Part shown: positions 24,805 to 39,193 of the stretch, in pieces | Position numbering within the stretch: position 1 is the stretch's first letter | Layout of the letters: the number at the start of each line of letters is the position of its first letter | Assembly: GCA_964016885.1 (NCBI GenBank) | Contig: OZ024756.1 | Coordinates: 41,788,001 to 41,852,000 of the forward strand | Source of the DNA: Eledone cirrhosa | Taxonomy: Eukaryota | Reading direction: 5' to 3' | Length of the DNA: 64,000 bases | The notes under the pieces: model-generated | What the model was told of the DNA's origin: nothing | Seen by the model: the letters and a program-made list of their open reading frames with translations, nothing else | The model's database searches: none | Translations under genes and position numbers: made by a program

Positions 24805-25524
24805 TGTATTTTCAACTTCTGTTCCCTATATTTTTACCCGTGTAGGATATATTAAATAAACCTTACTTTCGAATATATATATTTATACATACATGTGCAC
24901 AACTGATGTACATATATATATATATATAAATCAGGATGGATTTAGTTTGAAACTAGTTAGACCATTCCTCAACAGAGTACTCAATACTTGGCGTAGTAGA
25001 GTATGGTTTACGCCCCTTTACGAGCTGAGTTCAAATCTCGACGGGGTTAACTTTGCCTTTCATCCTTACGAGGTCGACAATAAAGTACCAGTAATTTACT
25101 GGGGTAATTGCTGACCTTGTGCCAAAAGTAGAAACAATTATAAAAAGTCGAGACCCGGACTGCTGAGTTCTTGGCTTTTGAAACGGCAAGAGCTCAGCCT
25201 TCGGGGTCCTGACTCTTTATAATATATATACATGTAAAACAAGATCTTTATATAAAGAACTTGTTATAACGGCTTGTAACTCCTTCATTCTTTTACTTAT
25301 ACCTGCTCCGCTTGAACAATCTAAATATTAAATCTTCCTCTAATATTTAACTCTGCTAACCCCAGCATTGAGCACACTGCTTCGGCTATTGGCCTTTAGT
25401 AATCTGATCACACCTCTGTATCTCTCTGCTTCTTCCTCTCCTACGATACTTATACCCTATTATATACACACACACACATACACAGACATATATATATATA
25501 TATACAGTATATATATATATATAT

Positions 25525-25725
25525 AACGAAGGAAATGTGGTAAGGAACCAGGTGGACCATAACGCACCAAAGTACTCAATACTTAGGGTAGTAGAGTGGG
25601 TAATAGGAACGAGTAGGACCCCGACGGCTGAGCTCAAGCCGTTTCGACGGCTAATTCTGGACTCAGTCCAGAATTAGCCGTCGAAACGGCTTGAGCTCAG
25701 CCGTCGGGGTCCTACTCGTTCCTAT
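25525..25725. mobile_element. Penelope-like fold-back mini-element in (TA)n (perfect 61-bp-arm hairpin)
   Basis: Arms 25603-25663 and 25665-25725 are exact reverse complements; homologue at 57780-57980. Confidence 0.6.
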
Positions 25726-26127
25726 ATATATATATATATATATATACGTAACCAAACCAACCTGCGCACTTCGTCGAGTGCTCCAATCGGCATACCGAGG
25801 TATTGGTATACAACCAACATATACTCAATATATATATATAACTAATTCACACGACCTTATACTCACCATACATATGTATGTATGTGTTCTAGATATGATT
25901 TATACCCCCTCCCCACCGTTCCCTTGCCTCCATTCATCGTTATTTCGTTATCTTCCTTAACTTTGCACTCAGTAACCCAAGAAACGATTTCTGCTCCCCC
26001 CCCCCCCCCACAACAACAACAACAATCTGCCACCTGATACAAACAATCAGCGCTTCTAGTGTGTTTTGAATATAATTCTTCCAGGCAGACACACACACAA
26101 ACAAACATGTACACTACACAGATACAT

Positions 26128-26158
<31 letters not shown>

Positions 26159-26807
26159 TAGAGAGATACACACACACACACAGATACATAAACACATACA
26201 AATACACACATAAACACATACAAATACACACACAAACACACGCATGCACACATACAAATACACACACACACAAACACACAGGCACACACCAATGCTGATC
26301 TTTGACCTCAACCTAAATTACACAAGTGACAACACCAATTTCAGTCCCAATTTCTAACCCCGAAAGTTTAGTCCATTCTTTTATCTTTAGTCCATCATTC
26401 AAACCACGCGATGGTGTCTCTGTGCGGTTACTTGACCTGCTAGAAATAAGTAGCAAGTCTCTTTCATATCACAGAACCTTCCCCGACCCCACCCTGCGAA
26501 AATAAAACATCGAAGAAGGATACAACAGGGAATATGGTCATAAAAAAACATTATTAAAGGGAAATGGAAAGAAGAAAAAGAAAAAAGGGATCAACAAACA
26601 CTAGAACTGAGTGACCCCTCAGCTGCGCCCTACGGACAAGATAGCAATGGCGTTATTGCAGTTTATGGCCTGAGACACCCACTGCAACAGTCACCCCACC
26701 TCACGGGGCTCCCTCCTCAAGCTTATCACCGTCTTTTCGATTTTATGGAGGAAACCAGCAGTGACGGAACCAAGGACTCTAGAGGTCTAGACAGAGATCG
26801 ATACAAA

Positions 26808-27080
26808 GAGGAAGTGGTCGGTTAGTCCACCCCTGTGGTAATGTGGGGACCAAGGACACCAGAGGTCTTGACGGAGACCAGTAGACAGAGGAAGCGGTTG
26901 GTTAGTCCACCCCTGTGGTAATGTGGGGACCAAGGACACCAGAGGTCTTGACGGAGACCAGTAGACAGAGGAAGTGGTTGGTTAGTCCACCCCTGTGGTA
27001 ATGTGGGGACCAAGGACACCAGAGGTCTTGACGGAGACCAGTAGACAGAGGAAGCGGTTGGTTAGTCCAAGGACACCAGA
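26808..27080. repeat. 80-bp tandem repeat, ~3.3 copies
   Basis: gttagtcca at 26821/26901/26981/27061. Confidence 0.9.
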
Positions 27081-27209
27081 GGCATGAAACACTATTCAAG
27101 AGTAAGAACCAGGCAGAGACTGTATTTGTACAAGAAACAGTGTTGTTTGTAGAACGTATGAGGATATCAGGTATCAACTTCTCGCATTTCCCGTTATTCA
27201 GGAACTAAG

Positions 27210-27350
27210 CTCGGTTGATACCATTACAACATGGCCTCTCGGTTGATACCATTACAACATGGCCTCTCGGTTGATACCATTACAACATGGCCTCTCGGTT
27301 GATACCATTACAACATGGCCTCTCGGTTGATACCATTACAACATGGCCTC
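27210..27350. repeat. 28-bp tandem repeat x5 (tcggttgataccattacaacatggcctc)
   Basis: Direct inspection. Confidence 0.9.
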
Positions 27351-27620
27351 TTAATGGTTTAATGATTGAGCTATTTTGTTTGGCAATAACAGCTTTGATG
27401 AAGTTGTCAGGACCTTCACTGCAAACAAGGGTAGCGGTGGTTACTTCCAAGCAACCCACCCCAGCCCTCGTCCACCGCGGCGGTGGCAGTGACGTGACAT
27501 GAGGTCTTATGTCAGTACCTCCACTGCAAATGAAGGTAGCAGCAGTTACCTCCCAACAAACTCCTACCCTCGTCCACGGGGCTCCTTCAGGCGGGGTGTA
27601 GCGGCAGCAGCAGCAGTAGC

Positions 27621-27682
<62 letters not shown>

Positions 27683-28173
27683 CAACAATAGTAGTAGTAG
27701 CACTAGCAGCAACAGTAATAATTGTTTCTACTTTTGGCACAAGGCCAGCAATTACTCAGTACATTACTGGTACTTTATTTTATCGACCCCGTAAGGATGA
27801 AAGGCAAAGTTAACCTCGGCGGGATTTGAACTTAGTAGTAGTGATGGGATGGGGCTTGTATTTATATATACATATTTTATATAAATATATATACGTGTAT
27901 ATATATATATACTCGTATATATATTTCCATTCTCTCTAAACAGACAATAGCGCTTCTTCTCTCCACCCTCTCTCCCCAGTCCCACCTCATCTCACCCTAC
28001 CCCATGTGGAACGCGTGGAATTCACATTAACTAGGTTGGCATCAAATTACAATCTTGTAAAGTGTGGTTAGTCCTGCGTGAATTCTGTGAATGGAAACTC
28101 GGCTGTGAATGAAAAAAATCTCAGCAATTGTCTTAGAAAAATAAAAAAATAAAAAAACCACTACGACAAGTTG

Positions 28174-29015
28174 GTGTTTGATATGGAAATATAGGAGAGG
28201 ATGGCGAACTTGGCAGAGTGGTTAGAGCGTCTTTTGGGTGTTTGATATGGAAATATAGGAGAGGATGGCGAACTTGGCAGAGTGGTTAGAGCGTCCTTTT
28301 GGGTGTTTGATATGGAAATATAGGAGAGGATGGCGAACTTGGCAGAGTGGTTAGAGCGTCTTTTGGGTGTTTGATATGGAAATATAGGAGAGGATGGCGA
28401 ACTTGGCAGAGTGGTTAGAGCGTCTTTTGGGTGTTTGATATGGAAATATAGGAGAGGATGGCGAACTTGGCAGAGTGGTTAGAGCGTCCTTTTGGGTGTT
28501 TGATATGGAAATATAGGAGAGGATGGCGAACTTGGCAGAGTGGTTAGAGCGTCTTTTGGGTGTTTGATATGGAAATATAGGAGAGGATGGCGAACTTGGC
28601 AGAGTGGTTAGAGCGTCCTTTTGGGTGTTTGATATGGAAATATAGGAGAGGATGGCGAACTTGGCAGAGTGGTTAGAGCGTCTTTTGGGTGTTTGATATG
28701 GAAATATAGGAGAGGATGGCGAACTTGGCAGAGTGGTTAGAGCGTCCTTTTGGGTGTTTGATATGGAAATATAGGAGAGGATGGCGAACTTGGCAGAGTG
28801 GTTAGAGCGTCTTTTGGGTGTTTGATATGGAAATATAGGAGAGGATGGCGAACTTGGCAGAGTGGTTAGAGCGTCCTTTTGGGTGTTTGATATGGAAATA
28901 TAGGAGAGGATGGCGAACTTGGCAGAGTGGTTAGAGCGTCCTTTTGGGTGTTTGATATGGAAATATAGGAGAGGATGGCGAACTTGGCAGAGTGGTTAGA
29001 GCGTCCTTTGGGTGT
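28174..29015 (+). repeat. 64/65-bp minisatellite x13 made of a SINE 5' head (A-box TGGCAGAGTGGTTAGAGCG)
   Basis: The last unit continues into a SINE body (AGTTCAAATCCC…GTCGATAAAA…GTACCAG). Confidence 0.9.
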
Positions 29016-29134
29016 GTTCCAAGTCTCTCTGCTCTCTCTCAGTTCAAATCCCACCGAGGTCAACTTTGTCTTTTATCCATTCGTGGTCGATAAAAAAAGT
29101 ACCAGTTAAGTACTGGGTCGATTTTACCTATATA

Positions 29135-29189
<55 letters not shown>

Positions 29190-29387
29190 CATTCTCTGGA
29201 AGAAGTCTGCTATATTCAGACCTGGAGAGGAGATGGGGTTCCGCCAGGTTTCTAAAATGCCCAAGAACCGCCGACGGTCAGTACAGTGACCCCTTACCAT
29301 TCCGGTGGGGGTTACGAGACAATACATACATGAAAATACACGAAGGGTTTAGCAGTTGTTTCATTAAAACCGGTCAGTGATTAAAAT

Positions 29388-30870
29388 TATGTATGTAAAT
29401 GTATGTATGTATGTATGTATGTAAATGTATGTATGTATATGTATGTGTATGTATGTAAATGTATGTATGTATATGTATGTAAATGTATGTATGTATGTAT
29501 GTATGTGTATGTATGTATGTAAATGTATGTATGTATATGTATGTAAATGTATGTATGTATATGTATGTATGTATGTGTATGTATGTAAATGTATGTATGT
29601 ATATGTATGTATATGTATGTATGTATATGTATGTAAATGTATGTATGTAAATGTATGTATGTAAATGTATGTATGTATATGTATGTAAATGTATGTATGT
29701 AAATGTATGTATGTATATGTATGTATGTATATGTATGTATATGTATGTATGTATATGTATGTATGTATATGTATGTAAATGTATGTATGTAAATGTATGT
29801 ATGTATATGTATGTAAATGTATGTATGTATGTATGTAAATGTATGTATGTAAATGTATGTATGTATATGTATGTAAATGTATGTATGTAAATGTATGTAT
29901 GTATATGTATGTATGTATATGTATGTATATGTATGTATGTATATGTATGTATGTATATGTATGTAAATGTATGTATGTAAATATATGTATGTGTATGTAT
30001 GTAAATGTATGTATGTATATGTATGTAAATGTATGTATGTATGTATGTATGTATGTATATGTATGTATGTATGTAAATGTATGTATGTATATGTTTGTAT
30101 GTATGTATATGTATGTATGTATATGTATGTATGTATGTATATGTTTGTATGTATATGTATGTATATGTTTGTATATATATGTATTAATATGTATATATAT
30201 GTATGTATATGTTTGTATGTATATCTATGTATGTGTATGTATGTATATGTATATATATGTATGTATATGTTTGTATGTATATGTATGTATATGTTTGTAT
30301 GTATATGTATGTATATATATGTATGTATATGTATGTATATATATATATATGTATGTATATGTTTGTATGTATATGTATGTATATATATGTATGTATATGT
30401 TTGTATATATGTATGTATATGTTTGTATATATATGTATTAATATGTTTGTATATATATGTATGTATATGTTTGTATAGATATATGTATGTATATGTTTGT
30501 ATATATATGTATATGTTTGTATGTATATGTATGTATATATATGTATGTATATGTTTGTATGTATATGTATGTATGTTTGTATGTATTTGTATGTATATGT
30601 ATGCATATATATGTATGTATATGTATGTATATTTATGTATGTAAATGTTTGTATATATATATGTATGTATATGTATGTATATTTATGTATGTAAATGTTT
30701 GTATATATATATGTATGTATTTGTATGTATATATATGTATGTAAATGTTTGTATATATATATATGTATGTATATGTATGTATATATATGTATGTATATGT
30801 TTGAATGTATATATTTGTATGTATATGTATGTATATATATGTATGTATATGTTTATATGTATATATATAA
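29388..30870. repeat. (TATG)n-based compound microsatellite
   Basis: Direct inspection. Confidence 0.95.
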
Positions 30871-30972
30871 TGGAAAATTAGGTATATTTTTGTCTATTTG
30901 TTCTTCACACTTATAATAGCTATATATATATATATGTGTGTGTGTGTATATATATGTATGTGTGTGTGTGTG

Positions 30973-31005
<33 letters not shown>

Positions 31006-31119
31006 GTATGTGTGTGTGTGTGGTCCATGGTGACATCAGAATAATGAATGAACTTCAACATCAACAGAATAAATAAATACATAAATAAATCTTCACCAAT
31101 AAACAAACCAACAGAGGGA

Positions 31120-33034
31120 AGCAACAACTACCACACCACCACCAGCTGTACTACTACAGCAACAACTACCACCACCAGCTGTACTACTACAGCAACAACT
31201 ACCACACCACCAGCTGTACTACTACAGCAACAACTACCACCACCAGCTGTACTACTACAGCAACAACTACCACCACCAGCTGTACTACTACAGCAACAAC
31301 TACCACACCACCAGCTGTACTACTACAGCAACAACTACCACTACAACCACCACAACAACCACTACAACCACCACAACAATCACTACAACCACAAGCACCA
31401 CACAACAACCACTACAACTACAACCACCACAACAACCACTACAACCACAACAACCACTACAACCACACCAACCACTACAACTACAACAACCACCATGACA
31501 ACAGCCACAACAACCACTACAACTACAACCACAACAACCACTACAACCACTACAATTACAACCACCACTACAACCACAACAACCACTACAACCACAACAA
31601 CCACTACAACCACCACAACAACCACAACCACCACGACAACAGCCACAACAACCACTACAACCACTACAATTACAACCACCACTACAACCACAACAACCAC
31701 TACAACCACCACAACAACCACTACAACTACAACAACCACTACAACCACTACAACAACCACAACCACCACGACAACAGGCACAACAACCACTACAACCACT
31801 ACAATTACAACCACCACAACAACCACTACAACCACTACAACCACTACAACAGCCACAACCACCACGACGACCACTACAACAACCACCACAACAACTACAA
31901 CCACCACTACAACCACAACAACCACTACAACCACAACAACCACTACAACTACAACCACCACAACAACCACAACCACCACGACAACAGCCACAACAACCAC
32001 TACAACAACACCCACTACAACAACTACAACCACTACAACCACTACAACCACTACAACTACAACCACAACAACCACCACGACAACAGCCACAACAACCACT
32101 ACAACCACGACAACAGCCACCACAACAACAACCACCACAACAACCACAACTACCACCCCAACATCAACCACCACAACCACAACTACCACCCCAACAACAA
32201 CCACCATCACCACAACCACAACTACCACCCCAACAACAACCACCACAACCACAACTACCACCCCAACAACAACCACCACAACCACAACTACGACCCCAAC
32301 AACAACCACCACCACCACAACCACAACTACCACCCCGACAACACCAACCACCACAACAACCACAACACCACCACAACAACACCAACCACCACCACAACAA
32401 CACCAACCACCACAACAACCACCACAACTACCACCCCAACAACAACCACCACCACCACAACCACAACTACCACCACAACCACACCAACCACCACAACAAC
32501 CACAATTACCACCACAACAACACCAACCAGCACTACCACCACAACAGCAACTACCACCACCACAACAACCACAACTACCACCACAACAACCCCAACTACC
32601 ACCACCACAACAACCACAACTACCACAACAACAACACCACCAACCACCACCACAACAACACCAACCACCACAACAACCACAACTACCACCACAACAACAA
32701 AACCAACCACAAAAACAACAACTACCACCAAAACAACAACTACCACCACAACAACACCAACCACCACCACAACAACAACAACTACCACCACCACAACAAC
32801 ACCAACCACCACAACACCAACTACCACCACAACAACACCAACCACGACAACAACAACACCAACCACCACAACACCAACTACCACCACCACCACAACCACC
32901 ACCACAACAACTACCACCACCACTACAGCAACTACCACCAACCACCACCACAACAACCACAACTACCACCACCACTACAGCAACTACCACCAACCACCAC
33001 CACAACAACCACAACTACCACCCCCAACAACAAC
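31120..33034. repeat. Cryptic (ACC/ACA/ACT)n tract in intron 1 of the properdin-like gene
   Basis: Direct inspection. Confidence 0.9.
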
Positions 33035-33075
33035 TATATATATATGTGTGTGTGTAAAAAGATCTTCTGACTTAC

Positions 33076-33148
33076 CCTCTAATTGTAAAACCATCTGGAA
33101 GAAGATAAGTAAAAAGATGAGACAGATGAAAAAACGATGTGTGTCCAT
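33076..33148 (-). CDS. Properdin-like gene exon 1: signal peptide MDTHRFFICLIFLLIFFQMVLQLE(G)
   Basis: ATG at 33148, hydrophobic signal-peptide core, donor GAGG|gtaagt phase 1 matching next exon. Confidence 0.75.
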
Positions 33149-33320
33149 ATTGGAAGAATTTAGCAGAATTTTGGCAAACGACTTTTCCTTCTTCTTCTTG
33201 TTTTGGAAGAAGACACCCACGTGTTTAGTGTCACACTTTCCCTTCTTCTGTGGCTTAGTCCCTTCTTCTCTCCATATTTTTGGTGTGAGAGGACTCAGGG
33301 GAGGGGGTTATGTGCCTGTG

Positions 33321-33376
<56 letters not shown>

Positions 33377-34274
33377 TATATATAAATGTATAGGTATATA
33401 TGTGTGCCGCGTGTCTATATGTATGTGTTCTCTCTATATATATATTTGTGTGTGGTGCCAATGTGTATATATGTGTATGTATATGTCTCTCCCTCTCTCT
33501 ATATATATATATGTGTGGCGTCAATGTATATAAATATATATGTTGTGGATATGGTGGTATTTCTTTTGTATATTAATTATTTGCTATGCCTCTTTTGATT
33601 CTATATTCCTATTTAAATATATTTCCCCCCTCTTTTGTTCTGCATATTATTTGTCATTCATTTATTTGTGTTGTTGTTGTTGTCGTCTGTTGCTGTTATC
33701 GTCTGCTTTTGTTTGTTTTTTGGGGTAAGGGGTCTGTTGTTTTTACTGCTGAAAGCATCAAAGAGTCTAAAACTAAGAAGAAACACTGTTTAACAACGTT
33801 TTGGGAGTGACAAGGGAATAACATTTTCATGTGATTCCACATTTGAAAAACACCAAAAATAAAATACCAAAACTAACGAAAATGAAAAATATGTGGAAAC
33901 ACATATGTATGTATGTATATATATATATATATATATACATACATATATATATACATATATATATGTATGTATGTATGTATATATATATATACATATATAT
34001 ATACATATATATATACATATATATATATATATACACACTCATGTATGTATGTATATACATCATATATATACATACGTATGTATATACATATATATATATA
34101 TATACATACATATGGATATACATATATATACATATACATATATACATACATATGGATATACATATATGTACATACATATGGATATACATATATATACATA
34201 CATGTGGATATACACATATATACATGCATATGGACATACACATACATATTTATATACATATTTGGAAATACACT

Positions 34275-34315
<41 letters not shown>

Positions 34316-34416
34316 CATGGACATACACATATACATATATACACACATATGTACGCAAACACACACGTACCCACATATATATACACATATATGTACACAC
34401 ACTTACGCCTACCCAC

Positions 34417-34447
<31 letters not shown>

Positions 34448-34538
34448 TACATGTGCATGTACATATATATATACATGCACATGTATGTGTACATGCAGAC
34501 ATGTCAAATATATACATTCATTCATTCACATACGTATT

Positions 34539-34585
<47 letters not shown>

Positions 34586-34790
34586 CTGGTTGTGGTTAAG
34601 GCGGGCCAAGAAATGTGGGATTCCAGTCACCCACTTTCAACCCATTTCTTACCACCCCCGCACGTCACACCCACCACCACCACCTAGCCCCTCCCCCAGC
34701 TGAAGAACGGTGAGGGGGAAGTATATCCTACACACACATAAATATGTATATATATGTATATGTATATATATATATCCTACACACACATAT

Positions 34791-34830
<40 letters not shown>

Positions 34831-35041
34831 CACACATATTCATATAATACATACATACATACACATATACATACCTATATATATATACATACATATATAT
34901 ATATATATATATATTACACACATATTCATATAATACATACATACATACATACATACATACATACATACATACACATATACATACCTATATATATATACAT
35001 ACATATATATATATATATATATTACACACATATTCATATAA

Positions 35042-35097
<56 letters not shown>

Positions 35098-35317
35098 CCC
35101 CCACCCTCTTTAACGCCATCTACAACGGAAGTGTCCCGCCAAGCATCTCTAAACCTCCCTCTCTCTCTTAAGCTATCTATCTATCCCTCTTTACCATATA
35201 TTTGTGATAGGCACCAAGTACATACTTTCACACACATCTATCTCCTCCCTCGCCCTCTTTGTCAGTCTCTTCCTCCTCCCCCACCTCCTCTCTCTCTATA
35301 TATATATATCGAGAGAG

Positions 35318-35366
<49 letters not shown>

Positions 35367-35506
35367 TTTTTTCTACACTGAACCAAAAGCTTTCACAAAA
35401 CCGCGCCAAAAATATACAAATAACCAATTTTTACTCGTATTATGAATGAAGTCAGAAATGTTTGACTTATTGCACTTTCTAGTAATAGTAGCAGTAGCAG
35501 TAGCAA

Positions 35507-35548
<42 letters not shown>

Positions 35549-35712
35549 CCGGTGGTGGTGGTGGCGGTGTTACTGATTGACCACTGATTGACTACTGAAG
35601 CAGACTTGTGATCAAACCTAACCCAGCTGTGACCATCCAGCCACCACCAGCCCCCCCCCCCCCCCCCAAACGTCCGTTCATGACCTCTTAGGTGACTTTT
35701 AAGTCCAGCTGC

Positions 35713-37338
<1,626 letters not shown>

Positions 37339-37465
37339 GTTTATCCAGGGTTCAATCGGGGGTAACCACAGTAGGTAAGGTACTCAATACATAGCAGAGT
37401 ATAAAATTATAATATAGAAATGGCTTCTACAGGACTAGAACTGTTTCATTCGGGAGAAATCATCA

Positions 37466-37516
37466 GGCTTCCTGATGATTTCACCCGAATGACACAGTAC
37501 TGGTCCTGTAGAAGCC
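37466..37516 (+). ncRNA. Type I hammerhead-ribozyme-like motif inside fold-back element 37339-37526
   Basis: GGCTTC-CTGATGA-stemII-GA(C)A-CAG…CTGT-A-GAAGCC; stem I 6 bp, stem III 4 bp, GUA triplet; the opposite arm retains GAAA. Confidence 0.5.
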
Positions 37517-37556
<40 letters not shown>

Positions 37557-37705
37557 AGAGAGAGAGAGAGAGAGGTAGAACACTGGAAGGTAATATCCGT
37601 AGTGGTAGAGCACTCAGTCCATGGGACGAGTTTGGTAGAAGTGGTAACACAACAGTTAGTTCACCATACCGAGAACAATTGTTTCACCTTAGAGGATCTT
37701 CAGTA

Positions 37706-37744
37706 TGAGCTGAAGATCCTCTAAGGTGAAACAATTGTTCTTGG
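37706..37744 (+). ncRNA. Minimal hammerhead-like motif inside fold-back element 37574-37777
   Basis: CTGAAGA-TCCTCTAAGGT-GAAAC-AATT-GT-T, palindromic loop III. Confidence 0.5.
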
Positions 37745-37775
37745 TATGGTGAACTAACTGTTGTGTTACCACTTC

Positions 37776-37807
<32 letters not shown>

Positions 37808-37828
37808 TATATACACACACACACACAC

Positions 37829-37859
<31 letters not shown>

Positions 37860-37932
37860 TATATACACACACACACACACACATATATATACACACACAC
37901 ACATATATATACACACACACACACATATATAT

Positions 37933-37992
<60 letters not shown>

Positions 37993-38447
37993 TGAAAGAG
38001 TTCCAAAGTCTGGCAGTTTCGAGGGAAAAAAAGCTACGAACGTAGAAAGATAATTCTTTATTTGTGGAACTACATCTGGATGAAATGGCTGTGGGTTTCG
38101 AGTAAGGAGAGATGAAGGTCTATGAGAGAGAGTTGGGTTGTCCAGTAGGTGGTTTGTTGACCTTGGCTGGATTTAAACTCCGCCGTAGCGCAGAGAGTTG
38201 GAACAAACAGCACAAAACATTCTATCTGACGTTTTTGGTGCCTAAATTTACAGAACATTTACAAAAAAGATATTTTATTGAAGTACAGACGGTGAAACTT
38301 TTTTTTCTTTCTCTGTCTAAGACACCTGTATATATGTCGTTCCCCACCAACACCCCACTCTCCAGAGCGTGAAATTAATAAACATTCGTTGTACTGCCTC
38401 TCTGTTTTGTTCCTGTTCAAATTTTTCCATTATATATATATATATAA

Positions 38448-38960
38448 TCATCATCATCATCGTTTAACGTCCATTTTCCACGCTAGTATGGGTTAGACGG
38501 GAGTTGTCCCACTTGAGGCAAGGTTGGTCGGGTGACCATGTCTCGCTCATATAGGACTGTCTGGCAGGTTTTCTACAGCTGGATGCCCTTCCTAACACCA
38601 ACCACATTTACAATGTGGAACTGGGAACTTTTTACCGTGTTACCTACATGACCACGTGGACTGTGTTTTTTTCTCGTGACACCTACACAATCTCAATATC
38701 TCATTTATTTAGACTGGATGTTGTGGTACCAACTTTACAGAGAGAGGGTGGTGTTGGTGGGAGTGGAAGGATAGGGTAGGGGTAGTGGATTGGGGTGTAT
38801 ATTTGGTTAAGAGGTGCCTACTGACTGTAGGTTTCGCTTTGTACATAGTAATACAGAAGACCCGCCTTGCCTGTGTAGCGCCAAAGATCTCGGTCCAGTG
38901 ACATTGTCTTGGAGAGATGCAAGTGAGTAAAGTCGGAATTTATCAGATCGTCCCAGGTTT
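38448..38960 (-). mobile_element. 5'-truncated RTE-clade LINE 3' end (family 2)
   Basis: TWDDLINSDFTHLHLSKTMSLDRDLWRY plus the same 3'UTR and (GAT)n tail; shorter copies at ~42186, 46267, 58010. Confidence 0.65.
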
Positions 38961-39125
38961 TATATATATATTCTAAGTGTGTGTGTGTGTGTATATATAT
39001 ATTCTAAGTGTGTGTGTGTATATATATATATATTTTATAGTTGAGACAGTAAACAAAACAAAAAAAACAACGTGGAAGCGAAGAGGCAGTAGAAATGTTA
39101 ATATTAGTTTCACGCTTGAGAGTGG

Positions 39126-39193
<68 letters not shown>

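Noticed and set aside
28174-29015. Tandem tRNA gene array
   Set aside because: Units contain only an A-box/D-arm-like segment with no anticodon arm, T-arm or acceptor stem
31048-33057. 669-aa Thr/Pro/Gln-rich mucin-like ORF, and Val/Gly/Cys-rich ORFs on the other strand
   Set aside because: Cryptic ACN-triplet repeat in intron 1; frame shifts mid-tract, no signal peptide or splice support
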